NCBI GenBank assembly: GCA_034780895.1
Contig: JAUZTB010000071.1
Location: 16,609,837-16,673,836 of the forward strand
Reading direction: 5' to 3'
Source: Rhynchobatus australiae
Lineage: Eukaryota
DNA length: 64,000 nucleotides
In this document: positions 1 to 12,709 of the stretch, piece after piece
Layout of the letters: every line of letters starts with the position of its first letter
Position numbering within the stretch: position 1 is the first letter of the stretch
Notes under the pieces: generated by a model
Databases searched by the model: none
Told to the model about the DNA's origin: nothing
What the model saw: only the letters and a program-made list of their open reading frames with translations
Position numbers and translations under genes: made by a program

Positions 1-899
1 GCATCAAGCAAGATGATTTGTAGAAATTGCCCTATCATGAAATGAGTAGCAAAGTACAGAAGGAATGTGGTAATATTGACGAATCTGTCAAAAAATGTAA
101 TTTTGTTGGAGCTCACTGCAGTTCATAAGAAACACTGACATAATTCCATCACCTATTTTATAGTGTACAGATAAATTTAGTGATTCCCTGCTCTCAGCAT
201 TGAAGTTTGTGCATAGGGACCAGGGTCAGAGGCATAACTAACACTATTATTTTCTTTTCTTCAGTTGGTTACATTCACATAACTTCTACCCTTGCCTAAA
301 CTTCTTTCCTTACACACAGCCACTCCCATTTGTTCATTAACCTGCAACAAAATAGGTAATTTATAGTTTTATGTGACTTTATCTGAAGATAGTAACTGCA
401 ACTTAAAACTGGTTTTAGCCAGTGGTATCTCTAAGTGAAGTTTATTGATTTTATGACGAGTGATCAATATGTGTAGAAGGCTGCTTAATCAGACAGTTGA
501 AATGAGAGATAATCTTTCCAATAGTTCCTCACATATGTCAATCGTTCTGCTCAGAAACCAAAAACTGCTTAATGGCTTCAGAGGCTGTTAATATGTTAAA
601 TGTTAATATATAGAGGAAGCAGACTGGGTNNNNNNNNNNNNNNNNNNNNNNNNNNNNNNNNNTATTTTTTAAATTTGGAAGACTAGCAACCAGCACTAGT
701 GTCGCAAAATTCAACACTTATCCCAAAGCTGCGAGTTAATCTATGTTTTCAGTTTGTTTAAAGATCTACAACTCAAAGTCATTTTCGTGGACTAAAACTG
801 CAGGTCCAACACTCAGTAATTGTTTGTTAAGATGGGAAATATACACCCCAGTCTTAACATCATGATATAAGATTGAATGAAAAGTTATATAACTAATCA

Positions 900-1340
900 A
901 TTTAGAAAAGGACATTTGGAGCCTGGCTCCATCCTTGCACCATAAGTACCTTGTAATTGTTTGCTCTGGTGAGCTTTAACTTCTGGCAGGCTGGCCACTA
1001 ATTCCAGGCTCATCAAATGGTGCACCAAATTGGACATCAAGGTAAAGCTCATTTGATGTAGTCCAGAACATGCCTGGGGATGTGGGGGCTGAGGAATGGT
1101 GCTGGTACAGAGTTGCATTTGTAAAGGGAAATATCCAGCATGGCAGAAGCCCAGATTCCTTTTTGTATGATGCTCAGGAAAAGGCTGTGGTTCTTCCTGA
1201 AGACTGCAAAAGTAATGAAAATCCTGGCAATCACTAGAACCACCTTGATCACTATTGCTTGCAAAACCATTGAGAATCTGAGCATGTCCAATCCTAAATG
1301 GCAGCTGGAGTCCAATGCTTGCCATCAGACTCTGATTTGA
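900..1340 (+). mobile_element. Decayed RTE-type LINE 3' region
   Basis: Degenerate translation resembles an RTE ORF C-terminus (GR..LRF.D.K..MK.L.I...W). Frameshifted. Confidence 0.4.
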
Positions 1341-2314
1341 CTACTAAGTGAGCCCTCCACTTTCAGACTGATGGAGGCATCAGTCTCTCATTGATGGGCC
1401 ACTGTAAAAATAGCTTACTGCTTAACAGGATAATGTGTCTAGTGACTTTTTGTAAAGTTAAAATTACCACTGCTTTGATGTACTGGCTTTAGGCATTATT
1501 GCACTTATAAAAAATAAGATAATTAGTTTTTGCCTTTACACTGGTGTTGCAAAAACAGATCCAAACACGTTCCTGTCAGGTTTTCCTGTACTTCATGGAT
1601 GTTGTGGAGGAGATGGCTTGTAAATGTTCAGTCAGGAATGAGTTTTGAATCAGAGAGTAAGCAGTCACCCCATATTCTAATATTGCGCCAAGTAGCTCAC
1701 AACACTTAATGGCCTTTTGTGTAACTGAACCTTTGCTCATTCCTCTGTTAAAAAATACACAATTTGATTATTCTGTAATTTTCAATAATCAGATTTCAAT
1801 ATTCAACTATGAGTAATTTCTTGGATGGTTAAACTTATGATTGAAAGGTGAGCAGGTGGATGGGAATCTTGAAGAACACATCCTTAATAGTGTGAAAAAT
1901 GAATATTCCACCTTATAATTAATATCAGTCTGCAAAGAAATCCACTCTTGGGCCACAAGTAGAGTGAAATCTAGTTACCTTCTGAAAACCTGTACACCAT
2001 CAGAGGTGGACAATAAAAGCTGGACTTGTCAGAGATGTCCACATACGGTGAATGAATGAATGAAATCCTTACTCCATCAGAGCATGGATAAGGCAAGGCT
2101 GGAAGTCTCAATTAAACTATCATCAGCATCTGGCACAGAAGAACCTAACAATTATACACAGACAGAACCACTACTTCATCAACCCCTCAACACCTTGTCA
2201 ATTCTTATAAAGCGTCAATGTTTAGTTAAAAATGCAGAATCACCAGTGAAACAATCTGACAGGAAATCCTTAATCCCAAAGCACTGCCCAAGAAAAAGAA
2301 GACTACTTCCATAA

Positions 2315-2480
2315 AACCACAAGACCTTAAGGTATAGGAGAGGAATTAGGCTATTCAGCCCTTCAAGTCTGCTCCACCATTCAATCATGACTGATTTTTT
2401 TTCAACTCCATTCTCCTGCTTTCTCTCTGTAACCTTTAACCCGCTTACCAATCAAGAACCAATCAACCTCTGACTTAAAA
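2315..2480 (-). mobile_element. CR1-type LINE 3' end fragment
   Basis: The sequence 'ataggagaggaattaggctattcagcccttcaagtctgctccaccattcaat' is the reverse of a typical fish/shark CR1 3' terminus. Confidence 0.55.
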
Positions 2481-3066
2481 TACATCCATTTCATGCTATA
2501 CTGAAGTATCATCTCAAATTTTTGTGCCCAGTTCATTGGAATGGACCTGAATCCATGTTGTAGAAAGTTATTTGGAGTTCAAAGCTAAAAGAGATAGTGA
2601 TTAGGAATCAAATACATTGTAAGGAATATGCAGCTAAATGTTCTAAAGTTGTAATATTAAAGTGGCTTGAAATCACATGAAAGCCTTATCAAATACATAG
2701 AGAAGAACGTAAATCAATAATGAGTCTATGTTGTCCAATTTAATCATAAATTGGCTTAAAATTAAAAGATTATATTTCACAGAGAACCATAATCACATTT
2801 GCAGCCCTCCTGTAACATTGCTCACAGGAAGTCAGAGCCAATAGACATGTTACCAACAAATTGTGATGGAAAAGTATTTGAAAAACATGTCAACTGTGAG
2901 CATACAATTTACATGAGCCACTACTGGAATTTGTTCAACTATTATCCATTAATGAATTGCACTCAATAAATTATCAGCAAGTTTTGGGGTACATTAGTGT
3001 TGGGGTTTATTAGGTGGGTGACACCCTTCAGGAGTTATGGGCGTCACAGTCAGTTAATACAAATAA

Positions 3067-3322
3067 GCGGCATGGTAGCATAGCAGTTGGCACGACGCTA
3101 TTACAGCACCAGCGATCGGAGTTTGATTCCTGTCGCTGTCTGTAAGGAGTTTGTATGTTCTCCTGTGTCTGCATGGGTTTCCTCTGGGTGCTCCGGTTTC
3201 CTCCCACATTCCAAAGACGTACGGGTAGGTTAACATGAGTTTAAAAATGGGCGGTGCGGACTCATTGGGCCGGAAGGGCCTGTTACCACACTGTAAATAA
3301 AATTTAAATTTAAATAAAATAA
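3067..3322 (+). mobile_element. tRNA-derived V-SINE (HE1-like)
   Basis: tRNA-like head (GGCATGGTAGCATAGCAGTTGG...GAGTTTGATTCC), V-domain GGGTTTCCTCTGGGTGCTCCGGTTTCCTCCCACATTCCAAAGAC, CR1-like tail GGGCCGGAAGGGCCTGTT, AT-rich end. Confidence 0.8.
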
Positions 3323-3555
3323 ATAGAACCAGTCTTCAATTTAGGACAAGGATGGCTGTGTGAATATGCACCGTTGTCTGCAGAGAGAGCCATCTCTCAA
3401 AACAGTGGTAAAAGGTGGCTGTTTTGTGTGTCTGGATTCCCAATAAAGGTGTTTGAGTATGCAGAGGTGTTCTTGTTAGTTAAGTTGTCCTCCCATTGTA
3501 AATATGTAATTCTGTGCAGCCATTCACCCACACCCAAAATGTTGAGGTTAAAACC

Positions 3556-3805
3556 TTTTTTTTATTATATTCATTCAAGGGATGTGAGCTTCACAGGCTG
3601 AGCCAGCATTTAATTTTCCATCCCTAGTTATCCTTGAGAGGGGATAGTGAGCTCCCTTCTTGAACTGCTGCAGTCCTTGAGGTGTGGATATGCCAACAAC
3701 GCTGTTAGGGAGAGAGTTCCGGGATTCCGATCCAACGATGGTAAAGGAATGGTGTTATAGTTCCAAGACAGGATGGTGCTTGGCTTGGAAAGCAACTTCC
3801 AACCT
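3556..3805 (-). mobile_element. LINE (CR1/L2 clade) 3' terminal fragment
   Basis: Same terminus as 30480-30760, 17010-17210 and, in reverse orientation, 55990-56180. Confidence 0.55.
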
Positions 3806-3989
3806 GCTGTTATTTTTTGTGTTTAAACAGTATAAAAACCTCAATGTACTTTGAGTTCCAAGGGAGATTCATCCAAGAGAGATCCTTCAAAAATTCCTGC
3901 TTGTCATGCTGAGTAAAGACATTTTACATCTACAGCTCCTGTCTCTGTGTGGCTCGTTCGAAGTCACAACAAGTATTATTGTGATTGAA

Positions 3990-4330
3990 CCAGTAAGTCA
4001 GAGGCCTCGATGAATGATCTGCAGACGTGTTCAAATCACACAATAGTAGATGAGGAATTGAAGTTCAGTTAATTAAATAACCTGAAGTAAAAAGCTAGTT
4101 TCTGTTATGGTACGCATAAAGTTACTATTACCAAAATCTCATTTGGTTCACTAATATCCTTTGGGAAGGAAAACTGCCATCATAACTCGGAATGGCCTGT
4201 ATGTGACTCCATATCAAATGTGAATCAATTGCAATGTAGCTGGTCCATAACTGCCCTCTGAAATAGCCACCATTCTACTCAGTTCAAGAGCAAAACAGGA
4301 ATAAATAATAAATGTTGGCTTGTCTCTGAT
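3990..4330 (+). mobile_element. Elasmobranch tRNA-derived SINE remnant
   Basis: GTTCAAATC box and TTGGTTCACTAATATCCTTTGGGAAGGAAAACTGCC...ATGTGACTCCA core, with a LINE-like tail. A related copy lies at 44740-45130. Confidence 0.55.
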
Positions 4331-4333
4331 ACC

Positions 4334-5136
4334 TGTTAGGGAGAAACAGTTATAATCAGGGGTTATATTGTAGTAGCCATTTAATACAAATAAAAACTAT
4401 CATTCAGACCATCTCCAAATGTAATCTACAAGCAGTAATCAGTATTGAAATTATAAGGACAGCTGCATAAACAACACTCTCTGGGAAGGGAGCAGGCAAC
4501 TGGCTCACAGCAGGAAGCCATTTAAGAGATATGTTTTTGGAAACTGATAGGATCATAGGACATTCTCATAAGTCATTGACCAAATGTAGAGACTATGGGG
4601 CTACCTTAATTGGGCTATACTGAACCAGGCATCAGAGTTCTTGAGCTAAGATACTTTGCACCATTGTGAGAGAGATCAAGGAAGGCTCCAGAATGGCTAT
4701 TTGGTCACTTAGCACATGGTTATAGGCATATTTGTTCTGTCAATCAGTAATTAGAGTCTTTGTACCCGGAGAATCAGCCCTCACAATACTACAATAAAAG
4801 AAGGATATTTTGAGCATCTGAGAATATCAATATGAACTACATTATCCCAACAAAGGTACTTGAATATTCTGAGGTGGCCTTGTCAGTTAAGATGTGCTCC
4901 TATTGTAAATATGTAATTCTGTGGAACTCCAAAATATTGAAGTATGGAATTGTAACTACTGTAATTGTACTTAATCATGTACTGTTATCTTGTGCTTAAA
5001 TATATAAAACCTTCATGTATTTTGAGCTCAGGGAGATTCTACCACCAGGAATCTTCTGTGTGTCTGTTTGTGTTGAATAAAGACCAGTTCAATCTACAGC
5101 TTCGTTCTCAGTGTGACTCATTCAATGACACCTACA
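4334..5136 (+). mobile_element. Solo LTR (copy B)
   Basis: TGTTAGG...CCTACA termini flanked by TACC/TAAC (imperfect 4-bp TSD). TATA-like TATATAAAA at ~5003 and AATAAA at ~5077 fall in U3-R-U5 order. Confidence 0.6.
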
Positions 5137-5865
5137 TAACGTGGAAGATATTGTATATTGTAATTCCTTTCCTGCAGGTAGAACATATACTTCTCAAGGA
5201 TAATGGATGCTTTTTGAATGAGGAAAAAATGAAGAATTCACTTTGGAGCAATGTGATATTGCTATCGCTTTTCTGATCAAATGACACTGTGAACCTTCAC
5301 AAGCCATCTATTTATCCATGAAGGATATAAATAGATAGGGCAAATTTTCCTGGCAATAGGCAAGCACAGAGAACATTGAATCTAAATGAAATATAATTCA
5401 TCAATTGAAGATGATATTGATTAAGAAAAATGCTGTTACTTGCTGCTTATTGAACTCTATTTTTCTCTGAACGGAAATTGACAAATATGATAGCTGCAGT
5501 TTATGAATAAAAATGGCCAAATATCTGATTTCTGCTGCTTTTATGAATTATATGTGCATCAAGGTAAGGAATATTAGTTGGAGAAATAGTAGATCTCTCG
5601 TTTACCCCCCAACAAAGTACATCATGCCCATTTGATAATGTTCTACAATGAAATCAAGGAAACCAGGTGCCAGGAAATGAGAATATCCTGTAACATGGAC
5701 ACAGCATTGACCAAGCAGAGTGTTGGAACTTATTCAGATTAAGAGGCAAAGATAAATGGAATCCCCCAAGGGAGTATTACTAAATTTTAAGATGACAAGT
5801 ATAGAAACCTGGTGAATTCAGAAGACGAGAAAAGAAAATGACCAGGGACACGATNNNNNNNNNNC

Positions 5866-6296
5866 TTAGATGATGAGAAATTTGTTGTTTTGCAGCAGCA
5901 ATACAGTGCAAAGACATAAAATTACTATAAATTACGAAAAAAAGGAATAACGAGGTAGGTTTCATGGGTTCATGGAATCTTCACAAATCTAATGACAGAG
6001 GGGAAGAATCTGTTTCTAAATCGTTGAGTGTCAGTCCTCAGGCTTCTGTACCTCCTCCCCGATGGTAGTAGTGAGAAGAGGGTATGTTGCAGATGGTGAG
6101 GGTCCTTAGTGATGGATACCACCTTCTTTACACACCATGTCNNNNNNNNNNNGTGAGGGTCCTTAGTGATGGATACCACCTTCTTTACACACCATGTCTT
6201 GAAGATGTCTTCGATCATGAGGAGGGTTGTGCTTGTGATGGAGTTGGCTGAGTCTACATCTACCTGCAGGCTCTTGCAATCCTGTGCATTGGAGCT
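5866..6296 (-). mobile_element. Rex1/Babar non-LTR retrotransposon 3' fragment
   Basis: Minus-strand translation SITKDPHH..HTLFSLLPSGRRYRSLRT.TQRFRNRFFPSVIR is typical of the Rex-Babar ORF C-terminus. Confidence 0.75.
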
Positions 6297-7454
6297 AAAC
6301 TCTTAAGTGTAATGAATGTCAATAATGCTTTTGTGAAAAAATCTTGGAAAGCTTTCCTGTTAAAGATGCTATACAAATGTAGGTTATGCATGTTGATCAT
6401 TTGCTTTCCTTACTTGATTAAATTTCATAATTTTGAGCCAAGTTTGCTCATTTTAATTATTTTGAAAGACAACCAGTTTAAGTAAACATCTCTAGATTTA
6501 CCTGATGATACTAATCCAATAATTTTCAGTTAACAACTACACAATAAATTCAGAGACTTAGGTTAAAGTTACCCTGAGCTTCAGAATAATTATTCAATAT
6601 GCTATGAATAAGATTGGAGTTCTATGAGCAGAAGACCTGGTGATGTCTGGAAACTTCTGTGAGACCATTCAGATCACCATCTGCTGGCTACAATTACGTG
6701 TATGCATGGGTCTGAAAGATCAAGTCTTCAGGATTTGTTCCAAAGTTCCAATAATTTTTGTCAGCAGTTGGGTATTCTGGTTAANNNNNNNNNNNNNNNN
6801 NNNNNNNTTGACTGAGGGATTCTTACCTAATATGTTGAGAGAGTGGTATGTTCAAAGGAGAGAACATATTCATTAAGGGACATCTAATTCAGTCTGTCTG
6901 CTCTAACCACCAGGATCAGACAAACTTGGTCAACCATGGTGCTACTGAGCACCTCTTTGGAGATAGAAGTTCACCACAAAGAATGTGTGCTGTGTCCTTG
7001 CTTTTGTCAAGTGTATTCAATATGAGCAGGTGAGGGAAGTTGGTAGGTAGTAATCAGTGGAAGGTTCCTTGTCCAGTTTTGACTTAATGTCATAAGAGTT
7101 CACGAAATTGAAAGACAACATTAATTATTTCTAGGACCATTCTCTCCTGACCATGGCACTACTCCATGTGTCTGTCCTACTAGTTCATACAAACACATGA
7201 TGATTGAGGAGTCCAGGATGTTTACTAACCAGGGTTTTGGAACAACTTTCCAAATTGGAGCACATTCCCAGAATTTAATGGAGAAGAAGTGAACAAAGTC
7301 AACTGGACAAGCTATAGTTTGAATCCACTTTGTAAGCTGAAGAATTTCAATGATATTTTAGTACAACTAATTGTTTGCTGGGCCGCTCCAGAGGAGGGTT
7401 TAGAGTTCACCATAACCTTTTGGGTCTGGAGTCAAATAAAGGTCAGACCCTGTA

Positions 7455-7815
7455 ATGTCAGGAATAAAAGCAGAAAATGTAGGGAACACTCAGTAGGTCA
7501 GGCAGCATCTGCAGATAGAGAAGCAGAGTTAATATTGCACATTAAAGACCCTTCTTCAGAACTCAAATAGTGGCATTGTGTCTTTGACCTGACATGTTAA
7601 CTTTGTNNNNNNNNNNNNNNNNNNNNNNNNNNNNNNNNNNNNNNNNNNNNNNNNNNNNNNNNNNNNNNNNNNNNNNNNNNNNNNNNNNNNNNNNNNNNNN
7701 NNNNNNTGACCTGACATGTTAACTTTGTTTCTCCTTCCACAGAAGCTGCCTGAATTGCTGAGTGTTTTCAGTATTTTCAATTTTTATTTCAAATTTCCAG
7801 GATCTGCAGCTTTTG
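7455..7815. mobile_element. Self-inverted Penelope-like terminal-repeat remnant
   Basis: The left arm (AACACTCAGTAGGTCAGGCAGCATCTG...) is the reverse complement of the right arm (CAGAAGCTGCCTGAATTGCTGAGTGTT). There is an internal N gap. Confidence 0.55.
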
Positions 7816-8520
7816 AGTTCCTGGAACATCAGATTTCTTGTGAAGTTTTTAATGGATATTTGTGAATCAATTGTATTTTTATGGCAATCTGATAAGGTGA
7901 CCATGATCACAATAGTTATCACTTTATTCTGAATTGCATTATTCTGTTCCCATGGTGGGAAGTGATCTCACATTCTCTAGATCATCATCTACACTTCTGG
8001 ATTACCATTCCAGTAAGGTGAGTACAATACAACTGTATACCATGATTTGGTTGGGCAATTCAAAAGCAAAATACTCCTTTGTGATGGATGAAGGGATTAC
8101 TCTGTTGAATAGCTAAAGACTATTCAAAATATATTTTGTCAAAAGACATTTATTAAGACATAATGTTAGAAATACGAATTATTTATTTTATTGGTGGCCT
8201 GAATAGCATTAGTTAATGGNNNNNNNNNNATCTAGCACATTTCTGATGATTTCTGTAATACAGTTGTGTAAACTTATAACTGAAGGATGCATTTAAGCTG
8301 TAATGACATTGATAGACTAGCAAATGCTTGATTTCATACAGGATAGGTTTTTGTCTTGACTGTCAGCAATCATGCATAGTACTTCAAGAAAACTCCACTG
8401 CATCTCAGAGTTAGTGGTTAATGAACTGGGTACTTGTTCATTGAAAGGCTACCTTTCATTTCTTCTCAACCTAATTGCTTTGCCCAAAGCAATGGTGCTG
8501 AGATTTTCTCTCTTTGAGTA

Positions 8521-8536
8521 CAGTGCCCCCTGCTGG
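8521..8536 (-). promoter_or_regulatory. CTCF core motif
   Basis: The minus strand reads CCAGCAGGGGGCACTG, a near-perfect CTCF consensus in an AT-rich context. Confidence 0.6.
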
Positions 8537-8857
8537 GTTTGGTGATCATAAATTAATATTTACCTTTTCTGAAACATTGTCTACAAATGTTGGAAGGTTG
8601 AATTGTAACCATTCTCAAAAGCTAGCATGTTGTCTTTTTTATAAATTTTCCTGATGTTTCTTTTTACATTTCTTTTCCCATTGTATTTTTAAATGAATTT
8701 TACAGTTTTCCATCTTTCTTCATCCTTCCAACCTTTTACCATCTCTAACCACNNNNNNNNNNNNNNNNNNNNNNNNNNNNNNNNNNNNNNNNNNNNNNNN
8801 NNNNNNNNNNNNNNNNNNNNNNNNNTAAGTGCAAGATCAACATAATACATATGATGG

Positions 8858-9062
8858 AAATCTAAAATAAAAACAGAAAATGCTGAAAGTATTCATCGAA
8901 TCAGGCAGCATCTGTGAACAGAAAAACAGAGTTAATGTTCCATATTAGGACTAAAAACAAAATTCTGAGGAAGGGCCAGTGACCCGAAACATGAAATCTG
9001 TTTCTCACTCCAGTAATGCTACTTGACTTTCCAAATAATTCCAGCACTTTCCAATTTTATAA
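8858..9062. mobile_element. Self-inverted Penelope-like remnant with hammerhead-like core
   Basis: Inverted arms plus CTGAGGA-AGGG..CCC-GAAAC at 8965-8990. Confidence 0.55.
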
Positions 9063-10250
9063 CAAAGCATTCTCATTTGCTGGATAAACGTCAATCGGCT
9101 TACTTGTCAAGACCCAGAAAGGCTTTTCTAATAATACTTTACTGGATTTCGTATCAGCAAGACCTGTTCACATCAATTTTAACCTGCTATTCTCCATAGT
9201 TGCTATAAGGACACTACAGGAGACTTTATTCCTTCATTTCTTACATATTTTTTAAATTATATTGATGAGGGCAGTGCAGCTGGGTAAATGCTCTTGAGCT
9301 GCAAGGTCAACCTTGGAGCCAGCTCTAGGGGGTCAAATGGCCTATTCCTGCTATTTCTTACATTCCCATGTTTGTATTGTTGTGGCATCTGATTGAACTG
9401 GCTGGAATTTGTGGTTGTAATAATGACGAAAGTGCCAACATTCACTGTCATAACATTGTGAAAATGACAGTTCTCCTGAAATCTGCATGTTTGTGACAAA
9501 TGTGGAAATCCAGAAACCTGTGGTACTCCTTTCCTCCACACGAAGAGCAAAGTCCCTGCAGTCTGAAAGCTTTTTAAAATCACTGCATTTCTGAGAAAGT
9601 CAATTACTTATTCTTGCTGTAAAAGCTCTTGAGAACATTAAGCATGGCTGAGGTATAATTTTGCTTTTGATGGCATACCAAGTTATAATTACTGTTGAAG
9701 ACATCTCAGCAAAGCTAATTTTACTTATGGTATCTAAAATTTCTTTGGCATTATTTATGAATACCTTCACAACATAAAAATAATTTTCATTTTTAATGAA
9801 ATTTATATTTCAGCTTCTCACTTAATCTCACATGTATGTTCCAATTTCTAGTTTGCTCACTCTAAGGTGTTTTAAAAGCTTGTTAAAACATGGAGCTTTT
9901 TACTTCCTGGTTTGTTATCTGTAATAATTCTTCAACATGATTGGCTGGTCAGCCTGAATGATAATATCCATGTTACTTGAAGGAGGAAATCACCATAAAT
10001 GACATCTGATTGAAATTGATGTTGTGAAAGGCGAAATCCATGCCTCTCAGATTATTAGGTCCTTTATTTGGTGCAGCACTAAAAACATTTTTTAGTCTGT
10101 CCTTGGTGTTGTCTGCTGGGATTAATAAATGAAAATCTGTGCACATCCTTCAGAGTTCTCAACACAGTCTACTGATTGGTTACCCAAAGCCTGTCTTTCA
10201 ATTCTGTGGAAAATATAATGATTTTGATTAATCCCACTGCAGTAAAACTC

Positions 10251-10700
10251 AAAGTCAAAGTCAAGTTTATTTTCATATGTACATGTGTGCACAGGTGCAA
10301 TGAAAAATTTACTTGCAGCAACATCACAATCATATAAAGCAGCATTTACAAGAAAAACATAAATGAAACATAAATTATACAACATTTTTACAAGAAAAAA
10401 AACACAATTAGAACAAAAGAAAACAAAGTCTATTTTAGTGAGAAGTGATCAGAGTGGTCATAGTGTTGCTAAACTNNNNNNNNNNNNNNNNNNNNNNNNN
10501 NNNNNNNNNNNNNNNNNNNNNNNNNNNNNNNNNNNNNNNNNNNNNNNNNNNNNNNNNNNNNNNNNNNNNNNNGTACCTGCGAAAAGATGGCATGGCCCAG
10601 AGGATGCTGGATGTTGCCTTCTTGAGGCAGTGCCTTCTGTAAATACTACGGATGGTGGGAAGGGATGTGCCCGTGATGTATTGGGCAGAGTCCACAACTC
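10251..10700 (-). mobile_element. Rex1/Babar 3' fragment with (CTTTGA)n tail
   Basis: Minus-strand translation SAQYITGTSLPTIRSIYRRHCLKKATS. The 3' UTR is shared with 5866-5950 and ends in a short tandem tail. Confidence 0.7.
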
Positions 10701-11130
10701 TGATAATCCAGCATGCTCAGGACTTTGGTGGTGTTGGACTGGCAGATTTTCCAGACCATTTGAAACTATTCCTATTAATATAATTCTCTAATACACTTTT
10801 AATTCATTTTTTCAGATATTACACTGTAATATAATACCTTTTCCAGTGAACTTGGTAGGTTTAAAAGGAATGTAGAAAGGGAGCATAGAAACTGGGGCCC
10901 AGTAAGCTTAAAAGAAGCACAGGTACCAGGCCCAGTGAGTTTAAATGGAATGTGGGAACCAAGGCTTCAATAAGTTGAAAGAAAGTATGGGAACCAGAGC
11001 CCCAGTGAGTTGAGAGAGAGTGCAGGAACTGGGGCCCTGGTGAGTTGAAAATTAATATGGAAACTGGGGGCCCCACAGAGTTGAAAGAGAGCACATCACC
11101 TAGAGCCAGATGCTGAAACATCAGGCTTTC
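10701..11130 (+). mobile_element. Non-autonomous DNA-transposon-like element (Tigger/pogo-type end) with internal ~32-bp minisatellite, copy 1
   Basis: Collinear with 14404-14830 (GACTTTGGTGGTG..G.ACTGGCA.ATTT; TTAATTCA.TTTTT.CAGAT.TTACAC), followed by ~7 units of GGGCCCAGTGAGTTKAAA..GAG. Confidence 0.55.
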
Positions 11131-12709
11131 TCATAGTTGGATAGCAGATNNNNNNNNNNNNNNNNNNNNNNNNAAAACATCCTTTATCACCATGCCCCTT
11201 TGCACTGGTGTAACTACATACTTATACCTTACAGTGCAAATTAAGTCTTTCAATAACAAAATACATTAATTTTATTTTAGCCTCTATAACTTCATGGTTG
11301 CTCAGCATTGATAGAGTTAAAGTCAATACATAAAAGACATAAAATTAATCAAATGTATAATTCATTCCATGCAAAACTTAATTTTTATTCTTTCTGCACT
11401 ATTATTTGTCCCAGTAAGAGAGATGTTAAATGAGAGAATACAGTTGGCCAAAACAGTAAGTTATTACTCATGTTAGCAAATAAAATTACAATTTATTTGG
11501 CAACATAGGTGATAATCTATTGGAGTAAGTCCACAATGTGTGCACCATAACATTGTTTTATTCTACTGTTATGATTTGTACAATTTTTTTAATCTCTAAA
11601 ATTTTATAAACCTTGATTCCAAAACGTGAAAATTACTTTTCTCTTTCAAGAATTAATTACAAATTTAGCCCAAAATGGTGATGTAAAACTATTCATTCTT
11701 TTGTAACTGGAAAATTCTGACATAAATTGAGTTTAGCCATAATCTCATTAAATGGGGGAGAGATGAGGGACCAAATGGTGTCCTTCAGTTCCTGAAGATC
11801 TTTTAAGTAAAAGGGCAATCTGCCTAATATTTTGACTTCAATTTTGTGAGACTAAAGAAGCTTTGATGCAGTAATGAAGATGAAATTTCACCTTGCATCT
11901 AGCTCGTGCTGTGCTTGTCATTGGAAGAATTAATAATGTAAAAAGCAGAAACATAATTCCACAGCACAGAGAATCTTAACTTGACAAACACAAAATTCAA
12001 TTTAAAAAATTGCTTTCTCACAGACCAAAATAAGATAATTTTCTTTAAATGTGCCGAAGGTCACAGAAAAGCAACATCTTGGGAAAGCTGCCAACACTAT
12101 TCTGTAACCTCACTCCACAGGGAAATGTATTGCTGTGGTTGTGATGTAATAAATTGCATATGGTTGCTAAGATACTGATGTGATATAAGCCGTGCAGCAA
12201 GCGCTAAGCCAGCCTAAGATGAATTCAGTTTCAAGCAGTCGAAATTTAGAACAGCAGGTTTCAACAATAGACACCCAGTCCAATAAGGCAATGCTAACAG
12301 GTTGAAAGGAAGTGAAAGGTAGCCTTTACTTGAGTCTGCAGAACAAGTATTCAGTTCATTAACCACACATTTTGAGAGGCAGTGGAGTTTTCTTAAAGTA
12401 CTATGCATGATTGCTGATAATCAAGAGAAAAAAATGATCCTGTATGAAATCAAGAACTTGCTAGTCTATCAATGTCATTACAGGTTAAATGTATCCTCCA
12501 GTTACAACTTTACACAGCAATATTACAGAAACCATCAGAAATGTGCTAAGTTCCATGAGCAAATGCTATTTAAGACACCGATAAAAAAAACAATTCAAAC
12601 TTTTAAAATAATGTCTAAATAATTCTTTTTGGCAAAATATATTTTGAAAGGTCTTTACCTATTTAACAGAGTGATCACTTCATCCATCTTCAAGCACTAT
12701 GTATTCTGC

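Larger units (their letters stand above)
2556..3971 (+). mobile_element. Diverged solo LTR (copy A), interrupted by a SINE and a LINE-tail insertion
   Basis: TGTTGT...ACAACA termini. Shares collinear blocks with 4334-5136 (e.g. ATTGTAAATATGTAATTCTGTG; TATAAAA..CCT...GGGAGATTC; TAAAGAC...ATCTACAGCT). The 5' boundary is uncertain. Confidence 0.5.

Noticed and set aside
3067-3140. tRNA gene
   Set aside because: The A/B-box-like head continues into a V-SINE body and recurs at 51721 and 38165-38471. No cloverleaf.
6095-6200. Perfect direct repeats flanking N runs (also 7586-7730 and 51885-52068)
   Set aside because: Identical sequence on both sides of a gap most likely reflects contig-overlap or masking artefact rather than biology.
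10860-11110. CRISPR-like regularly spaced repeats
   Set aside because: Eukaryotic context, degenerate units with no unique spacers, and no cas genes. It is a minisatellite inside a dispersed repeat.
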